A DNA stretch of 64,000 nt from Bacteroidia bacterium (GCA_026391315.1 JAPLDT010000088.1:6222-70221); one strand, 5' to 3'; numbered from the stretch's first letter, positions 9,812 to 20,332 are shown. A program made the numbers and translations. The notes: generated by a model from the letters alone, not told the origin.

Positions 9812-11338
9812 TTATTCATTTCTAAATTTCTGCATGATCGGTTTTAAAAGTGCGCTCAATTCGGTGGCTGAAATACCAAGCAGGTGCGGAAATTTTTTCA
9901 AAATGAAAACTACACCAAGCGTATAAAGCATCCCGGACAAAATGAATGAAATCCATAAATTGGTTATTAATTCTTTGCAAAGTAGCTTAGAGGCAATACC
10001 AACTATTAGGAAAGCGACAATAATTTTAATATAATTGCCAGTAATTTTTGACCATTTGAGGTTAAGTTCAGAAGTACAAAATTTTAACAAGATAAGATGA
10101 TTTAGGTAGGTGACCGACACCATTGCAATTGCAAAGCCTGTGGCTCCTAAGTTTAAACCAAAATATTCATTTGGAGCTATAAAAAAGAATGTCAATATTA
10201 AACCTAGGATAATAATCATTAACTGTACATTTCGCAATAATGCAGTTTTGTTAGTTGCATAAATGAGAACATAAAGAATACTATTGGCAATATACGGGAT
10301 CGGATAGAATAGCATTATTGTAGTTGGGAGAATAGCGCCGTCAAAAGATTTGCCTCCAATTAGTAGGGTAACTGCAGTAGCATTTAACGCCATAAACACT
10401 GAAAAATAGGATGAAATAGTAGTAAAAATGGATATAGATTTGTTAAATAGTGAACTCATTTTAATGATATCCTTATCATAAAATGAAATAGAAAACTCCC
10501 TGAGTAACAAGGGCGTAATGGAATTCGAGAAGGTAATTATTAATGCTGAAAAAGAATCCGAGAGCGAAAAGTAACCCTGCTGTACAGAGCCGGAAAATTT
10601 CTGCAGCATCCACCTCCCTGCGAGACTTAAAGGAAGTCCAACTATTGCTAGCACTAAAAGTGGATGGGAATACTCGTAAAAGGAAGTAAATTTTAATTTG
10701 AATTGGGCAAGGGATATTCTAGTATGCAAAACAGGGATACCATTTGATTTCAGCACTGCAATAAATCCAACTAAAAGCACAAATGTTGCAATAAAGCTGT
10801 AAGAAAATAGAGAAAAGAGATTTACCCATTTAAAAAGGTAAAAAAATAAGAGAAGCACAAATATACCGGATAGCTTTGCAATGAAATTAAATATGGAAGC
10901 TTTTCTTGTCAAACCGCACGTGTCCGTCATCGAATCCAGTAATGACGAAATAAAAGTGAAGAAGGTCAGAAAGAACGCAAGCCATACATAGAATATTTCC
11001 TGACCTGGGAAAAGGACACCGGATAAGCCTGATAAAAATGCCAGAATGATAATAATGCATGCGACAGACCACGATATAAATGTATAATTCCAGTAAAACG
11101 AAATGACGGTTTTATCATGATGATTTTTGGCTAATTCTGTCAAAAAAAAATTTCCACCAAATCCAATTAAACTGGACAAAATAGCAAAAACATATATCAA
11201 GTATTTGAAATCACCGTAAGATGCTGGCCCAAGCATCCTTGTGATGATAGAAGTGGTGAGCACGTTTAATGGGATGACTAAAAAACTTGTACTAAGTTTG
11301 AACAGGTACCTTTTTTTTAATGAATCTAAATTGATCAA
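9812..11338 (-). CDS. wzx: Polysaccharide flippase, Wzx/MOP superfamily
   Basis: 508 aa and almost entirely hydrophobic, with about 12-14 predicted helices. It sits in a polysaccharide-locus context. Confidence 0.75.
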   Translation of the reverse strand: MINLDSLKKRYLFKLSTSFLVIPLNVLTTSIITRMLGPASYGDFKYLIYVFAILSSLIGFGGNFFLTELAKNHHDKTVISFYWNYTFISWSVACIIIILAFLSGLSGVLFPGQEIFYVWLAFFLTFFTFISSLLDSMTDTCGLTRKASIFNFIAKLSGIFVLLLFFYLFKWVNLFSLFSYSFIATFVLLVGFIAVLKSNGIPVLHTRISLAQFKLKFTSFYEYSHPLLVLAIVGLPLSLAGRWMLQKFSGSVQQGYFSLSDSFSALIITFSNSITPLLLREFSISFYDKDIIKMSSLFNKSISIFTTISSYFSVFMALNATAVTLLIGGKSFDGAILPTTIMLFYPIPYIANSILYVLIYATNKTALLRNVQLMIIILGLILTFFFIAPNEYFGLNLGATGFAIAMVSVTYLNHLILLKFCTSELNLKWSKITGNYIKIIVAFLIVGIASKLLCKELITNLWISFILSGMLYTLGVVFILKKFPHLLGISATELSALLKPIMQKFRNE

Positions 11339-11359
11339 ATTGAAGTAATTAAAGTGTTC

Positions 11360-12652
11360 TCATTTTAACCAAATAATGTTATTACGAAGGAAGTTTGCTC
11401 CAAAAAGAGCTCTGATTTGACCATGTAATTGTATCCCATTCGTGTCTCTTACCGCATGGATAGGAAATATTTCCCAGAAACGTTTCTGCAGGATTTCATC
11501 GTCTTCTTGAGGCTGCCAGGAACCATTGATGCGCTCAGCCATTTCGATAACGACATCACGAATTTCTTCAGAAGTGTTTTCGTTGAGTTCTATGCCCTTG
11601 GAGGTGAAATCCGAAGTTTGCAGGCTGAACCCAACTTTACGATAGAAAATTTCCCTAAGTGTCAATTCTCTCCTTTCCTCAACCAAAATATGATGTTTCG
11701 TGATACCAAGAAATTGATTACTGAAAGTAAATAAATATCCCAGTGGAACCATATTTACATATACTACTGGCCGACGAAATATGAGAGGAATCGCATCGAA
11801 ACCGGTACCAACTGAAATACAAAAATCGCACTTAGCACCCAAATAGATGTCCATAAAATCATTACGCATTCCATTGGTAGCATAATCAATTACCTTAGGA
11901 TGATTACTTTTTAGAGCATCTTTGACATGAACTCCCATTCTTATCACGAAGTAGTCTCGATCCGCAAGTTCCTCTACAGCAAGAATATATTTTTCAATAT
12001 TACTGTCTCGGAAGTTATGATAATTGCAGTCAGCACCAGATAGGTGTGCATTCAGATACTCACTGTCGCGTACAATTAAACAGACAAATTGAGCATCAGT
12101 AGAAATACCCATATTTCGAAGTCCATCTTCACCACGAGCCTCTTCTTCATTTGTAAATAAGAGATGTGCAGGGAATCGATCTAGTAGATTGTGCACATCA
12201 CGATCATTCTGTGTATTTCTCCCAACCTCATGAATTGTACCACCAGGAATCATCTTATTAATAAAATCTATAGGAGCCAAAATCCAAGTAGGCCATATGC
12301 GGAGAGACCGTTTCCACATGGTGGTCAATTGATGATTGCAGATAGGTTTATGAGCTAAATAAAAAAGATTAAAATGGTATTGAATGGGCTTGTTGATGCC
12401 TGCATCACGTTCGCAGAGGTATAACTCGGTATTGGCAGCAAAGTGGCCAATGCGACAACTGTTCAACCCTCCCAGTCTTACAAGCAGCCAAGGTCTGACC
12501 ATACGCATCACGAACACAACCGGGATTGCAATTATGTATAAAGGCAACATTAGGAGAATATGTAAGGCATATTTCATTTTTCTGAATAGTACTATTTTTC
12601 CCCCCTTATGTATTTGTGTTATCTGTTGCTTAAAAAAAGTTGGAATATTCAT
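11360..12652 (-). CDS. Membrane-anchored hypothetical protein; possible TIGR04372-like glycosyltransferase (recollection only)
   Basis: 430 aa. It has one N-terminal TM helix (LHILLMLPLYIIAIPVVFVM) followed by a soluble domain with RIGHFAANTELYLCE. It has no GT-A DxD or obvious GT-B signature that I can recognise. Confidence 0.35.
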   Translation of the reverse strand: MNIPTFFKQQITQIHKGGKIVLFRKMKYALHILLMLPLYIIAIPVVFVMRMVRPWLLVRLGGLNSCRIGHFAANTELYLCERDAGINKPIQYHFNLFYLAHKPICNHQLTTMWKRSLRIWPTWILAPIDFINKMIPGGTIHEVGRNTQNDRDVHNLLDRFPAHLLFTNEEEARGEDGLRNMGISTDAQFVCLIVRDSEYLNAHLSGADCNYHNFRDSNIEKYILAVEELADRDYFVIRMGVHVKDALKSNHPKVIDYATNGMRNDFMDIYLGAKCDFCISVGTGFDAIPLIFRRPVVYVNMVPLGYLFTFSNQFLGITKHHILVEERRELTLREIFYRKVGFSLQTSDFTSKGIELNENTSEEIRDVVIEMAERINGSWQPQEDDEILQKRFWEIFPIHAVRDTNGIQLHGQIRALFGANFLRNNIIWLK

Positions 12653-12768
12653 AAGTTTCGATTATACTAATTCAGGGTACAAGCATTAGTAGTTAAAGCG
12701 ATCATAAATATATTCCAGGTTTTATAGGCGAATATCGAGTATGAAAAGGGAATAAAGATCAATTTGAT

Positions 12769-13632
12769 TTATTGTCCGTTAAGATCTAGAATTTCATCCA
12801 ATCCTGTCCAGACATCAGGAAGTAATATATTCAGTTCCGTTAATCGACTGCAATCTAGGGTGGTGTTTTTAGCTGAGTAGTTGATTCCGACCTCCTTGCA
12901 AGAAATTGGCTGGATCAATTGTTCATTGATATTTAACTTAAGCGCTAAATGTGTGGCGAGATCAGAATATGTTATATCCTGGCTTGAAGAGAGTTGAAAA
13001 ATTCCCGGGATTTGTCTTTCGGCAATTTTTCGTAAAACTGATACCGCCAATGAAATTGGAACGGGTGATATAAACATATCGGGAAAAGGATGAATTACAT
13101 TTCCCGCCTTCAACTCTTTAATCCAGCCTTTTAACAAAGGCATTTCCGGAGTGATGACTTTACTAAAACGAACAATCGCTACTTGAGACCCAAATTTTAT
13201 TAATTGATCTTCTGCTTCGGCTTTCTGACGACCATATTCGTTTTGTGGATCTACTGGATCGAATGATTTTGCAAATGCCTTGTTCCCGTTAAAAACAGCA
13301 TTGCTGGATAGAAAAATTACAAATGCTCCGGCTTTAACCATCAGAGTGGCAAGCGCAACTGAACCATTTACATTTACAAGCCGACTGAATTCAGGATCAT
13401 TGGCACATTGTTCCTGAGATGTTATTGCTGCACAAATAATTACTGTTTTAATTGAGTGAGGAAGAATAGGCCAGTGTTTTATATCGTCAGACAAGTCGAG
13501 AAACAGACATCTTTCATTTACGCTGCTTTGAAAGCATGTGGTACTTAATACCGAATTTCCATCAGCTTCATATAATGCCACCAAACGACTACCTATCGTT
13601 GAGTCCCCTCCAACAATTAGCACATCATTCAT
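12769..13632 (-). CDS. NAD(P)-dependent sugar epimerase/reductase (RmlD-like SDR)
   Basis: I start it at the internal Met (MNDVLIVGGDSTIGSRL, a Rossmann motif). This gives an ATGAATGA 8-nt overlap with the upstream stop. The ORF track extends it to 13713. Confidence 0.65.
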   Translation of the reverse strand: MNDVLIVGGDSTIGSRLVALYEADGNSVLSTTCFQSSVNERCLFLDLSDDIKHWPILPHSIKTVIICAAITSQEQCANDPEFSRLVNVNGSVALATLMVKAGAFVIFLSSNAVFNGNKAFAKSFDPVDPQNEYGRQKAEAEDQLIKFGSQVAIVRFSKVITPEMPLLKGWIKELKAGNVIHPFPDMFISPVPISLAVSVLRKIAERQIPGIFQLSSSQDITYSDLATHLALKLNINEQLIQPISCKEVGINYSAKNTTLDCSRLTELNILLPDVWTGLDEILDLNGQ

Positions 13633-14290
13633 AAAAAATGCAGCTAAAGTCTCCCATATACCCACATTTATTAAAAATCCACTCCCACTCTTTTGGGGTA
13701 TAGAAACATTCACATGTAAGTTGCCAATACATTAAATTCACTTTTTCTTCCTCCGTTCTGTATGAATCTACAACAAGGTATTTGTTGCCCTTACAGACCC
13801 GCTCAATTTCTTTTAAAGATTTTTCCAAATCGGGAAGGTCTAAATTATGCAGGGTATTTATCGAAAGAACAAGGTCAAAAAAATTGTCTTCATATGGTAA
13901 CTCAATTGCATTTCCCAATCTCAGAAACGGCATCATTTCCTCTTTTGCGTTGTCCAAAGCATATTTTGAAATGTCCAGACCGAAAACTTCAATCCCGGGA
14001 ATGGACTTACTGAATTCAAACAATAAATATGCTTTTCCACATCCCACATCTAAAATTTTTTGGCCAGATTTTATATTATAATGTTTAACTATTTGATCAG
14101 CAACAGGTCGCCATCGACCATCATAACTGAATCCTCCATACCCGTATTTGCGATCACCATCCCAATAATTTACATCAAATTTTTTGGCGATTTTGGCACA
14201 TTCCGCTTTATTGACTCCAATAACACGTTCACCCAAATAATCACGTGTGGTCTTTTTATGAACTTTCTCAATAAAATCTATATACGCCAT
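13625..14290 (-). CDS. Class I SAM-dependent methyltransferase
   Basis: 221 aa. Motif I is ILDVGCGKAYLL, and the post-I and motif II spacing is as expected. Confidence 0.8.
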   Translation of the reverse strand: MAYIDFIEKVHKKTTRDYLGERVIGVNKAECAKIAKKFDVNYWDGDRKYGYGGFSYDGRWRPVADQIVKHYNIKSGQKILDVGCGKAYLLFEFSKSIPGIEVFGLDISKYALDNAKEEMMPFLRLGNAIELPYEDNFFDLVLSINTLHNLDLPDLEKSLKEIERVCKGNKYLVVDSYRTEEEKVNLMYWQLTCECFYTPKEWEWIFNKCGYMGDFSCIFYE

Positions 14291-14307
14291 TTTATTGCCG
14301 TTTATAA

Positions 14308-15369
14308 TTAAAAGGGTCCTTTAAATTCTTTGTTAGGAATATCAAGTGGACTTTTTTGAACAATGTCAAGTTCCTCCTCAGTTTTCTCATTTTTACCAAG
14401 CATTTTTAATACTGAATTTATAATATTGATAGCTCTTGGATGATAATATCTGGTTAATCCAGGTGTACTGGGCGATGGGAAGTCTGGAAGTGTAAGACGA
14501 ACAGGTTTAGCTTTAAGAAATCCAAAGGCTTCCTCGCAAGCTATGGCAATAATTTCCCCGGCAATACCCCCAGTTTTCCATGCCTGATCAGCAACAACCA
14601 AATGTCCTGTTTTCTTCACAGATTCGAGCACGGCATCAGCATCCAATGGTCTAATTGAGCGCATATCAATGACCTCAGCATCAATACCAAGTTTCATTAA
14701 AATATTGGCTGCAAACAAGGCTTCAATAACCATATAAGAAAATGCCACAATTGTTACATCGGAGCCTGATCTAGCAATATTGGCCTTTCCGATCGGAATT
14801 CTATAAATAGCTTCCGGGACCTTACCTGTAATGGTATGCAACCACCTGTGCTCTAAAAATATAACCGGATTGTTGTCTTCTATAGCAGATACCATGAGTC
14901 CTTTAGCATCGTATGGAGTTGCAGGCATAATGACTTTTAGCCCTGGGATGTGAGCAAACATTGCCTGAAGGCTTTGTGAGTGCTGAGGTCCCTGGCCCCA
15001 GCCACGGCCGATGAACATCCGGATTACTAAAGGCATTGAAGATTTGCCCCCAAACATATAATGCCAATTTGCCGCTTGGTTTATTATCTGTTCTGTTGCC
15101 AAAAGCGCGAACTCCATTCGGTGATGAGCCATAATAGGACGCATTCCGGTTAGAGCAGAACCGATTGCCACACCCGTCATTCCGTTTTCAGAAGTAGGCA
15201 TATCCATTGCTCTCATTTTGCCATACTTTTCTTGTAGCCCAATTGTTGTTCCAAAAAAACCGGAGGGATCAGGAACGCCTAAACCCATTATATAAACTTT
15301 ATCGTCTTTTGCCATACACATATCGATGGCTTCAGATAATGCTTTCGCATATGTTATTATTCTCTCCAT
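14308..15369 (-). CDS. ThDP-dependent 2-oxoacid dehydrogenase E1 component, beta subunit-like (transketolase Pyr/C-terminal domains)
   Basis: 353 aa. It shows DKVYIMGLGV, TSENGMTGVAIGSALTGMRPI and EFALLATEQIINQAANWHYMFGG. Confidence 0.85.
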   Translation of the reverse strand: MERIITYAKALSEAIDMCMAKDDKVYIMGLGVPDPSGFFGTTIGLQEKYGKMRAMDMPTSENGMTGVAIGSALTGMRPIMAHHRMEFALLATEQIINQAANWHYMFGGKSSMPLVIRMFIGRGWGQGPQHSQSLQAMFAHIPGLKVIMPATPYDAKGLMVSAIEDNNPVIFLEHRWLHTITGKVPEAIYRIPIGKANIARSGSDVTIVAFSYMVIEALFAANILMKLGIDAEVIDMRSIRPLDADAVLESVKKTGHLVVADQAWKTGGIAGEIIAIACEEAFGFLKAKPVRLTLPDFPSPSTPGLTRYYHPRAINIINSVLKMLGKNEKTEEELDIVQKSPLDIPNKEFKGPF

Positions 15370-15391
15370 TATATTTTTCCTTTTTGACTAT

Positions 15392-16405
15392 TTACTTTGC
15401 GTAAAGATGAGTGAAAAGCGATGCTTCATCAGGGTAAGGAGCTGACTTTGCAAATGCAAATGCATCCGTAATTTCCAAGTTTATTACTTTGGTCATTTGC
15501 TCAATTTCAAGTTTAAAATTATCATCTTCAACTAATTTTAAGGCAAGCATTTTGAGTGGATCTTTCGCTTTCCACAAATTGAATTCTTCTTCTGATCTAT
15601 ATCCTAGTTGATTGTCAAAATTGGTTCCACAGTGCTCATAATAACGATAAGTTGAAAGTTCCAACAATGTTGGTCCACCACCAATACGTGCTTTTTCTAC
15701 AGCCTTTGTTGTGGCATTATAAACAGCCACTACATCATTTCCATCACATTTAAAAGCTTCAACGCCATGAGCCTTAGCTATATCAATTAAATTCCTTTCA
15801 GCCGGCTGCCTAACTGAAAGAGGAGAGTATACAGAGTAAAGGTTATTTTCACAAATGAAAATCACAGGCAATTTGCACAGTGCTGCATAATTCAGACTTT
15901 CTGAAAGGACACCTTCTTCTGTCGCAGCATCACCAAAAAAAGCAACACTTACTTCTGATTTATTTTGTATTTTGAATCCAAGAGCTATGCCAACACCGAT
16001 TGGGATTGTGCTACCTACTATAGGGACAGCATAGAATCCAATAGAAGGATCGTTTAGATGCATAGATCCACCTTTGCCTCCACAACATCCGGTTTCTCTG
16101 CCATAAAGTTCACTTAGCATAGCTTTAAGGTTACCGCCTTTTGCTAAATAGTGAGCATGTGATCGATGTGTACTTAATGCAAAATCATCTTTTCCCAATG
16201 CTTTGCATACTCCAACTGCAGGAGCTTCCTGTCCGACACTTAGGTGAACCGGGCATCTCATTTCCTGCTCAGGATAGATTTCAGCAATTTTCTCTTCAAC
16301 CAACCTGATTCGAAGCATATCGTAATAGAACAATTTCAAATCCCCATTCTTTAATTCATTTACATATTCGCGATAGCTTTGTCTATCTGATATTTTGAGT
16401 TCCAT
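15392..16405 (-). CDS. ThDP-dependent 2-oxoacid dehydrogenase E1 component, alpha subunit-like
   Basis: 337 aa. The ThDP-binding region is GDAATEEGVLSESLNYAALCKLPVIFICENNLYS, together with HRSHAHYLAKG. Confidence 0.85.
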   Translation of the reverse strand: MELKISDRQSYREYVNELKNGDLKLFYYDMLRIRLVEEKIAEIYPEQEMRCPVHLSVGQEAPAVGVCKALGKDDFALSTHRSHAHYLAKGGNLKAMLSELYGRETGCCGGKGGSMHLNDPSIGFYAVPIVGSTIPIGVGIALGFKIQNKSEVSVAFFGDAATEEGVLSESLNYAALCKLPVIFICENNLYSVYSPLSVRQPAERNLIDIAKAHGVEAFKCDGNDVVAVYNATTKAVEKARIGGGPTLLELSTYRYYEHCGTNFDNQLGYRSEEEFNLWKAKDPLKMLALKLVEDDNFKLEIEQMTKVINLEITDAFAFAKSAPYPDEASLFTHLYAK

Positions 16406-16436
16406 TATATTCTTCTTTAATGTAATTTATACAACT

Positions 16437-17543
16437 TTATAAAGTGCTATAGAAATTTGCAATCGATGATAGCATATATTCCAATTGGTCTCTGCTAATA
16501 TACTGATGGGCCGGAAGCGTCATTATTTCTTTACAATAAATTTCTGAATTTAGGAAGTCTCCTTCTTTATAGCCAAGGTCCCTGGCGGCTTCCTGTAGGT
16601 GTAATGGAACGGGATAATGTATTTTCGCTTCAATTTTAAGCTCATTTAAGTATTTCATCAATTCGTCGCGTTTATGGAATTTCGCCATATAAAGACTATA
16701 CGTTTCCCAGTAGCCTATTGGTCTGGGCGGTACATTGACAAAAGGGGCCAATGCTTTAAGGCCCTCATCCAGTATTTCTGCGTTTTTGTTACGTTCTTCA
16801 ACTGTTACATGCACAGTTTTAAGAATGTGACTGGCCACTATTGCTTGCAGCGGTTGCAACCTCATATTGACTCCCCAGATACGGTTGTGATCCCGGTCGA
16901 CCATTCCATGATTTCGATAAATTCGCATCCAATTTGCTAATTCATCATCATCCGTGCTAACCATACCACCATCTCCCATTACATTGAGTGGTTTTAACGG
17001 GTGCATACTCCAGGCATTTGCATGACCAAAAGTTCCGGAATTCTTTTCAAAAATCCTGCCACCAGGAGCCATACATGCATCCTCAACAACTTTTAATCCA
17101 TGTTCATTCGCAATACCCATTATTGCTGGCATATCAGGTGCTGCTCCACCCCAATGAACCGGAAGAATTGCTTTAGTCTTGGATGTTATCGCTCCCCGGA
17201 TTTGGTTCACATCCATTTGATATCGATCATCAATATCTACAAAAACAGGTTTTGCACCAGCAGCTACGATAGCTCCAATCGTAGCATAAAAAGTGACAGG
17301 AACAGAAATTACTTCATCTCCCGGACCAACTCCAATCGCTTTCAGAGCAAGAATTAGGGCGTCAGTACCAGTATTTGTCCCAATGACGTGTTTACTTCCA
17401 ATAAATTCTGCAAATAATTTTTCAAAATTCTCAACATATGAACCTAATGTAAATTCAGTAGATTGAATTAATTTTTCCCAATCCGCAAGAATTGCATCAT
17501 GGTTTGAAAATTGCATTGGAAGGTAGTTGTAGGGTACAATCAT
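16437..17543 (-). CDS. DegT/DnrJ/EryC1/StrS-family PLP aminotransferase
   Basis: 368 aa. It shows GTDALILALKAIGVGPGDEVISVPVTFYATIGAI and SMHPLKPLNVMGDGG. Confidence 0.85.
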   Translation of the reverse strand: MIVPYNYLPMQFSNHDAILADWEKLIQSTEFTLGSYVENFEKLFAEFIGSKHVIGTNTGTDALILALKAIGVGPGDEVISVPVTFYATIGAIVAAGAKPVFVDIDDRYQMDVNQIRGAITSKTKAILPVHWGGAAPDMPAIMGIANEHGLKVVEDACMAPGGRIFEKNSGTFGHANAWSMHPLKPLNVMGDGGMVSTDDDELANWMRIYRNHGMVDRDHNRIWGVNMRLQPLQAIVASHILKTVHVTVEERNKNAEILDEGLKALAPFVNVPPRPIGYWETYSLYMAKFHKRDELMKYLNELKIEAKIHYPVPLHLQEAARDLGYKEGDFLNSEIYCKEIMTLPAHQYISRDQLEYMLSSIANFYSTL

Positions 17544-17554
17544 ATTATTTGTTC

Positions 17555-18652
17555 TTATTTTTTATAAAAGGTACTAATAAGTTCAGCGACCAAGTCCTGC
17601 TGTTCGTGTGTAAGCCCCGGGTAAAGAGGTAAACTCATAATACGTTTGCTGAGCTGCTGTGTAACAGGAAAGTCATTGGGTTTATAGTTCAGTCCAGCAG
17701 CTGCTGGTTGCATATGAATGGGTGTTGGATAATGCACCAACGCTTCCACACCATTGTCGCGCAGAAATTTTTGTAATTCATCCCGATTCTCCGCTAAAAC
17801 GACATAGGTTTGAAAGACATGATATTCATCAAGTCCTTCTTCTGGCACTTTTACATATGGCTTCAATAATTCATTGTATCGAAAAGCCAGTTCGCGGCGT
17901 TCTTCAGTCCAATGCTCCAATTCCTGTAATTGGATCCGGAGTAAAGCAGCCTGCAATTCGTCAAGCCGACAATTAAAACTCCAAAAATCACATTGATCCC
18001 GATTCTTTAGTCCATGATTTTTACTGATATTGAAACGTTCGATCAGGTTGGCATTTTTTGTCGTAATGATACCTGCATCTCCAAAAGCATGAAGATTCTT
18101 TAACGGATGCAGGCTAAAACTTGCTGCATCTCCCCAACTCCCAACACGTTTGCCTTTTAGTTTTGCACCAACAGATTGGGCAGCATCTTCAAGTACAAAC
18201 AGGTTATATTTATTTGCTATATTATTAATTTCAAGCATTTTAGCTGGACGTCCTGTCAGATGAATCGGAATAATGGCTTTGGTTCGGGAAGTAATAGCCT
18301 GCTCGATTTTGTACGGATCAATATTAAGATCTTCGGTAACATCAACGAAAACCGGCGTAGCTCCAACCAAAGCAATTGTTGAAGCAGATGCAATGAACGA
18401 ATTTGGCGCAGTAATAACTTCATCCCCAAGTCCAATTCCCATCGCACGTAGGATTAAATGCAAAGAATCAGTGCCGTTAGAAGTGCCTGAGGCAAAAGGA
18501 GAGCCGCAAAATAATGCAAACTCTTGTTCGAACGCAGCACAATTTGGACCCTGAATATAATGGCCACTATCAATTACTTGCTCAAATGCCTGGATCAATT
18601 TTTGGCGTATTGGAGCATTTTTTATTTTAAAGGCGGTGTAGGGTACTCTCAT
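17555..18652 (-). CDS. DegT/DnrJ/EryC1/StrS-family PLP aminotransferase
   Basis: 365 aa. It shows GTDSLHLILRAMGIGLGDEVITAPNSFIASAS and SLHPLKNLHAFGDAG. Confidence 0.85.
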   Translation of the reverse strand: MRVPYTAFKIKNAPIRQKLIQAFEQVIDSGHYIQGPNCAAFEQEFALFCGSPFASGTSNGTDSLHLILRAMGIGLGDEVITAPNSFIASASTIALVGATPVFVDVTEDLNIDPYKIEQAITSRTKAIIPIHLTGRPAKMLEINNIANKYNLFVLEDAAQSVGAKLKGKRVGSWGDAASFSLHPLKNLHAFGDAGIITTKNANLIERFNISKNHGLKNRDQCDFWSFNCRLDELQAALLRIQLQELEHWTEERRELAFRYNELLKPYVKVPEEGLDEYHVFQTYVVLAENRDELQKFLRDNGVEALVHYPTPIHMQPAAAGLNYKPNDFPVTQQLSKRIMSLPLYPGLTHEQQDLVAELISTFYKK

Positions 18653-18702
18653 CTCAATGATTCTTTAAATAATGGCTCAATCTATTAACAAGATTTATAG
18701 TT

Positions 18703-19152
18703 TTATTTTTTTGATGCTAAAATCACCAAATCCCATATTGAAACAAGATATTCGGGCATTGCAATATCCGAAGCTTCATTTCGTGAAATAAATTCCAAGG
18801 CCTGTCCTTCCTGGCATACATAGCTGCTATGACCGTCATACAAATCCCAAAAGATGTGTAGCATCTTTGGAGTTTGATTTATAAATGAATCATTAATCTG
18901 CATAAGCCAATGCAAATCCTTACATTGGTAATTAGTTTCTTCAAAGAACTCACGCTTGGCGCATGTCAAAATGTCTTCTCTGTTCTCTAAATGTCCACCA
19001 GGGAAAACCCAAAGACCTGATGCACTTAAACCTGGCTTCACATCACGTAGTTGCAAAAGAACTTCATGATTTGAGTTTATAAGAACTACAGCACAGACTA
19101 TTCCATTATGTTGAATTTCAACGTCCTTTATGTCTTCTCTCACGAATTTCAT
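18703..19152 (-). CDS. NUDIX hydrolase
   Basis: 149 aa. The Nudix box is GGHLENREDILTCAKREFFEETN. Confidence 0.8.
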   Translation of the reverse strand: MKFVREDIKDVEIQHNGIVCAVVLINSNHEVLLQLRDVKPGLSASGLWVFPGGHLENREDILTCAKREFFEETNYQCKDLHWLMQINDSFINQTPKMLHIFWDLYDGHSSYVCQEGQALEFISRNEASDIAMPEYLVSIWDLVILASKK

Positions 19153-20314
19153 AAGCTGCTAAATGGAAGCCATTTCTTATCAAAAATGTCTCAAATGAAG
19201 TGTGCATTGGTCTTATTAAAATCTGGATTGGTAAAACTGCGAAGAATTTATTCATGTTTGATGCAGCTCTGAGAAATAGATAATCAAATATTTTTTTTGT
19301 AATATTGATTGGGTCGTTTTTAAGTCTATTTAGAATTCTTTTTTTCAATGATTTTTCCTTATGCGCGGCAAATCTATTGTTGCTTTCCTCAAATGAATAT
19401 TTCTCATGCCAAAGTGGAGGTAATAGAGTTTTCTTTCCCATTTCCTTATATAGTTTTCCCAGAAAAACTTGATAAGAACGCGACTTTGGAGCATTATGCC
19501 CTATGTTTGCTGAACGTTCAAGAGCTTCGAAAGCAAGTTCTGTATAACCAAAAGCACATGCTGCAAAAGCTAATTTATCTAACTTCCTGCATATTTCGTT
19601 TGTATCTGTTCCATTAATAGCATCTGGACGAAGAAGATATAAGGCCTCCCCCTGTAAAGGGATTGCTTTGCCTCTAAATAATTCGGGGATCCTTCTATAG
19701 CCTATATTAAATGGGGTAATATCCGCCAATATAAAGTTATTCTTCCTGAGAAACTCGTCAAGCTCTCCAAATAAAGGTGCGCCCTCATAAAGTGTAACAA
19801 AGTTTATTTCAACTAGCACGGCAACTGTATTCTTACTTAAACATTGCTTTGCCCCTAAAAGAATTGGTAATTCAGCACCTTGAGTATCAATCGACAAGAA
19901 ATCAGGCGCAGTCACAATGCCATTTTCGACCAGAGAATCAAGAGTAATCGTGTTTAAATTAATGATTTTCTCAGTTTTTAGAGCAAACTCGAAAACATAA
20001 TCATATTTAAGAATTTTGTGATAAAAATTCCCATATCTTGTGTCCATCGGATATAAGGAGCTTGTATAAGGGCAGTAATTTATAAAAAAATTTGCCTGCC
20101 CGCATTTGTCAGCTAAGCAATATGGTAAAACAGTTACATTTTTTCGTTTCCATACATCTTCTATTTGCTCTACACAGGTATCATCAGCGTCATAAATTGC
20201 GTATGTAATGTCCTCTGAAAAATTTGGTAAGTCAGGGAAGGCAATACTACCAGTTCGTCCTCCAATATGATGAACGGAAAATAATGTGGGATCACTTTTG
20301 TCGAAAGTAGTCAT
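19118..20314 (-). CDS. FkbM-family methyltransferase with C-terminal extension
   Basis: 398 aa. The central FLSIDTQGAELPILLGA block is typical of the FkbM family. It has a 35-nt overlap with the downstream NUDIX start. Confidence 0.65.
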   Translation of the reverse strand: MTTFDKSDPTLFSVHHIGGRTGSIAFPDLPNFSEDITYAIYDADDTCVEQIEDVWKRKNVTVLPYCLADKCGQANFFINYCPYTSSLYPMDTRYGNFYHKILKYDYVFEFALKTEKIINLNTITLDSLVENGIVTAPDFLSIDTQGAELPILLGAKQCLSKNTVAVLVEINFVTLYEGAPLFGELDEFLRKNNFILADITPFNIGYRRIPELFRGKAIPLQGEALYLLRPDAINGTDTNEICRKLDKLAFAACAFGYTELAFEALERSANIGHNAPKSRSYQVFLGKLYKEMGKKTLLPPLWHEKYSFEESNNRFAAHKEKSLKKRILNRLKNDPINITKKIFDYLFLRAASNMNKFFAVLPIQILIRPMHTSFETFLIRNGFHLAAYEIRERRHKGR

Positions 20315-20332
20315 GGCTTAATTTTATTTTAG

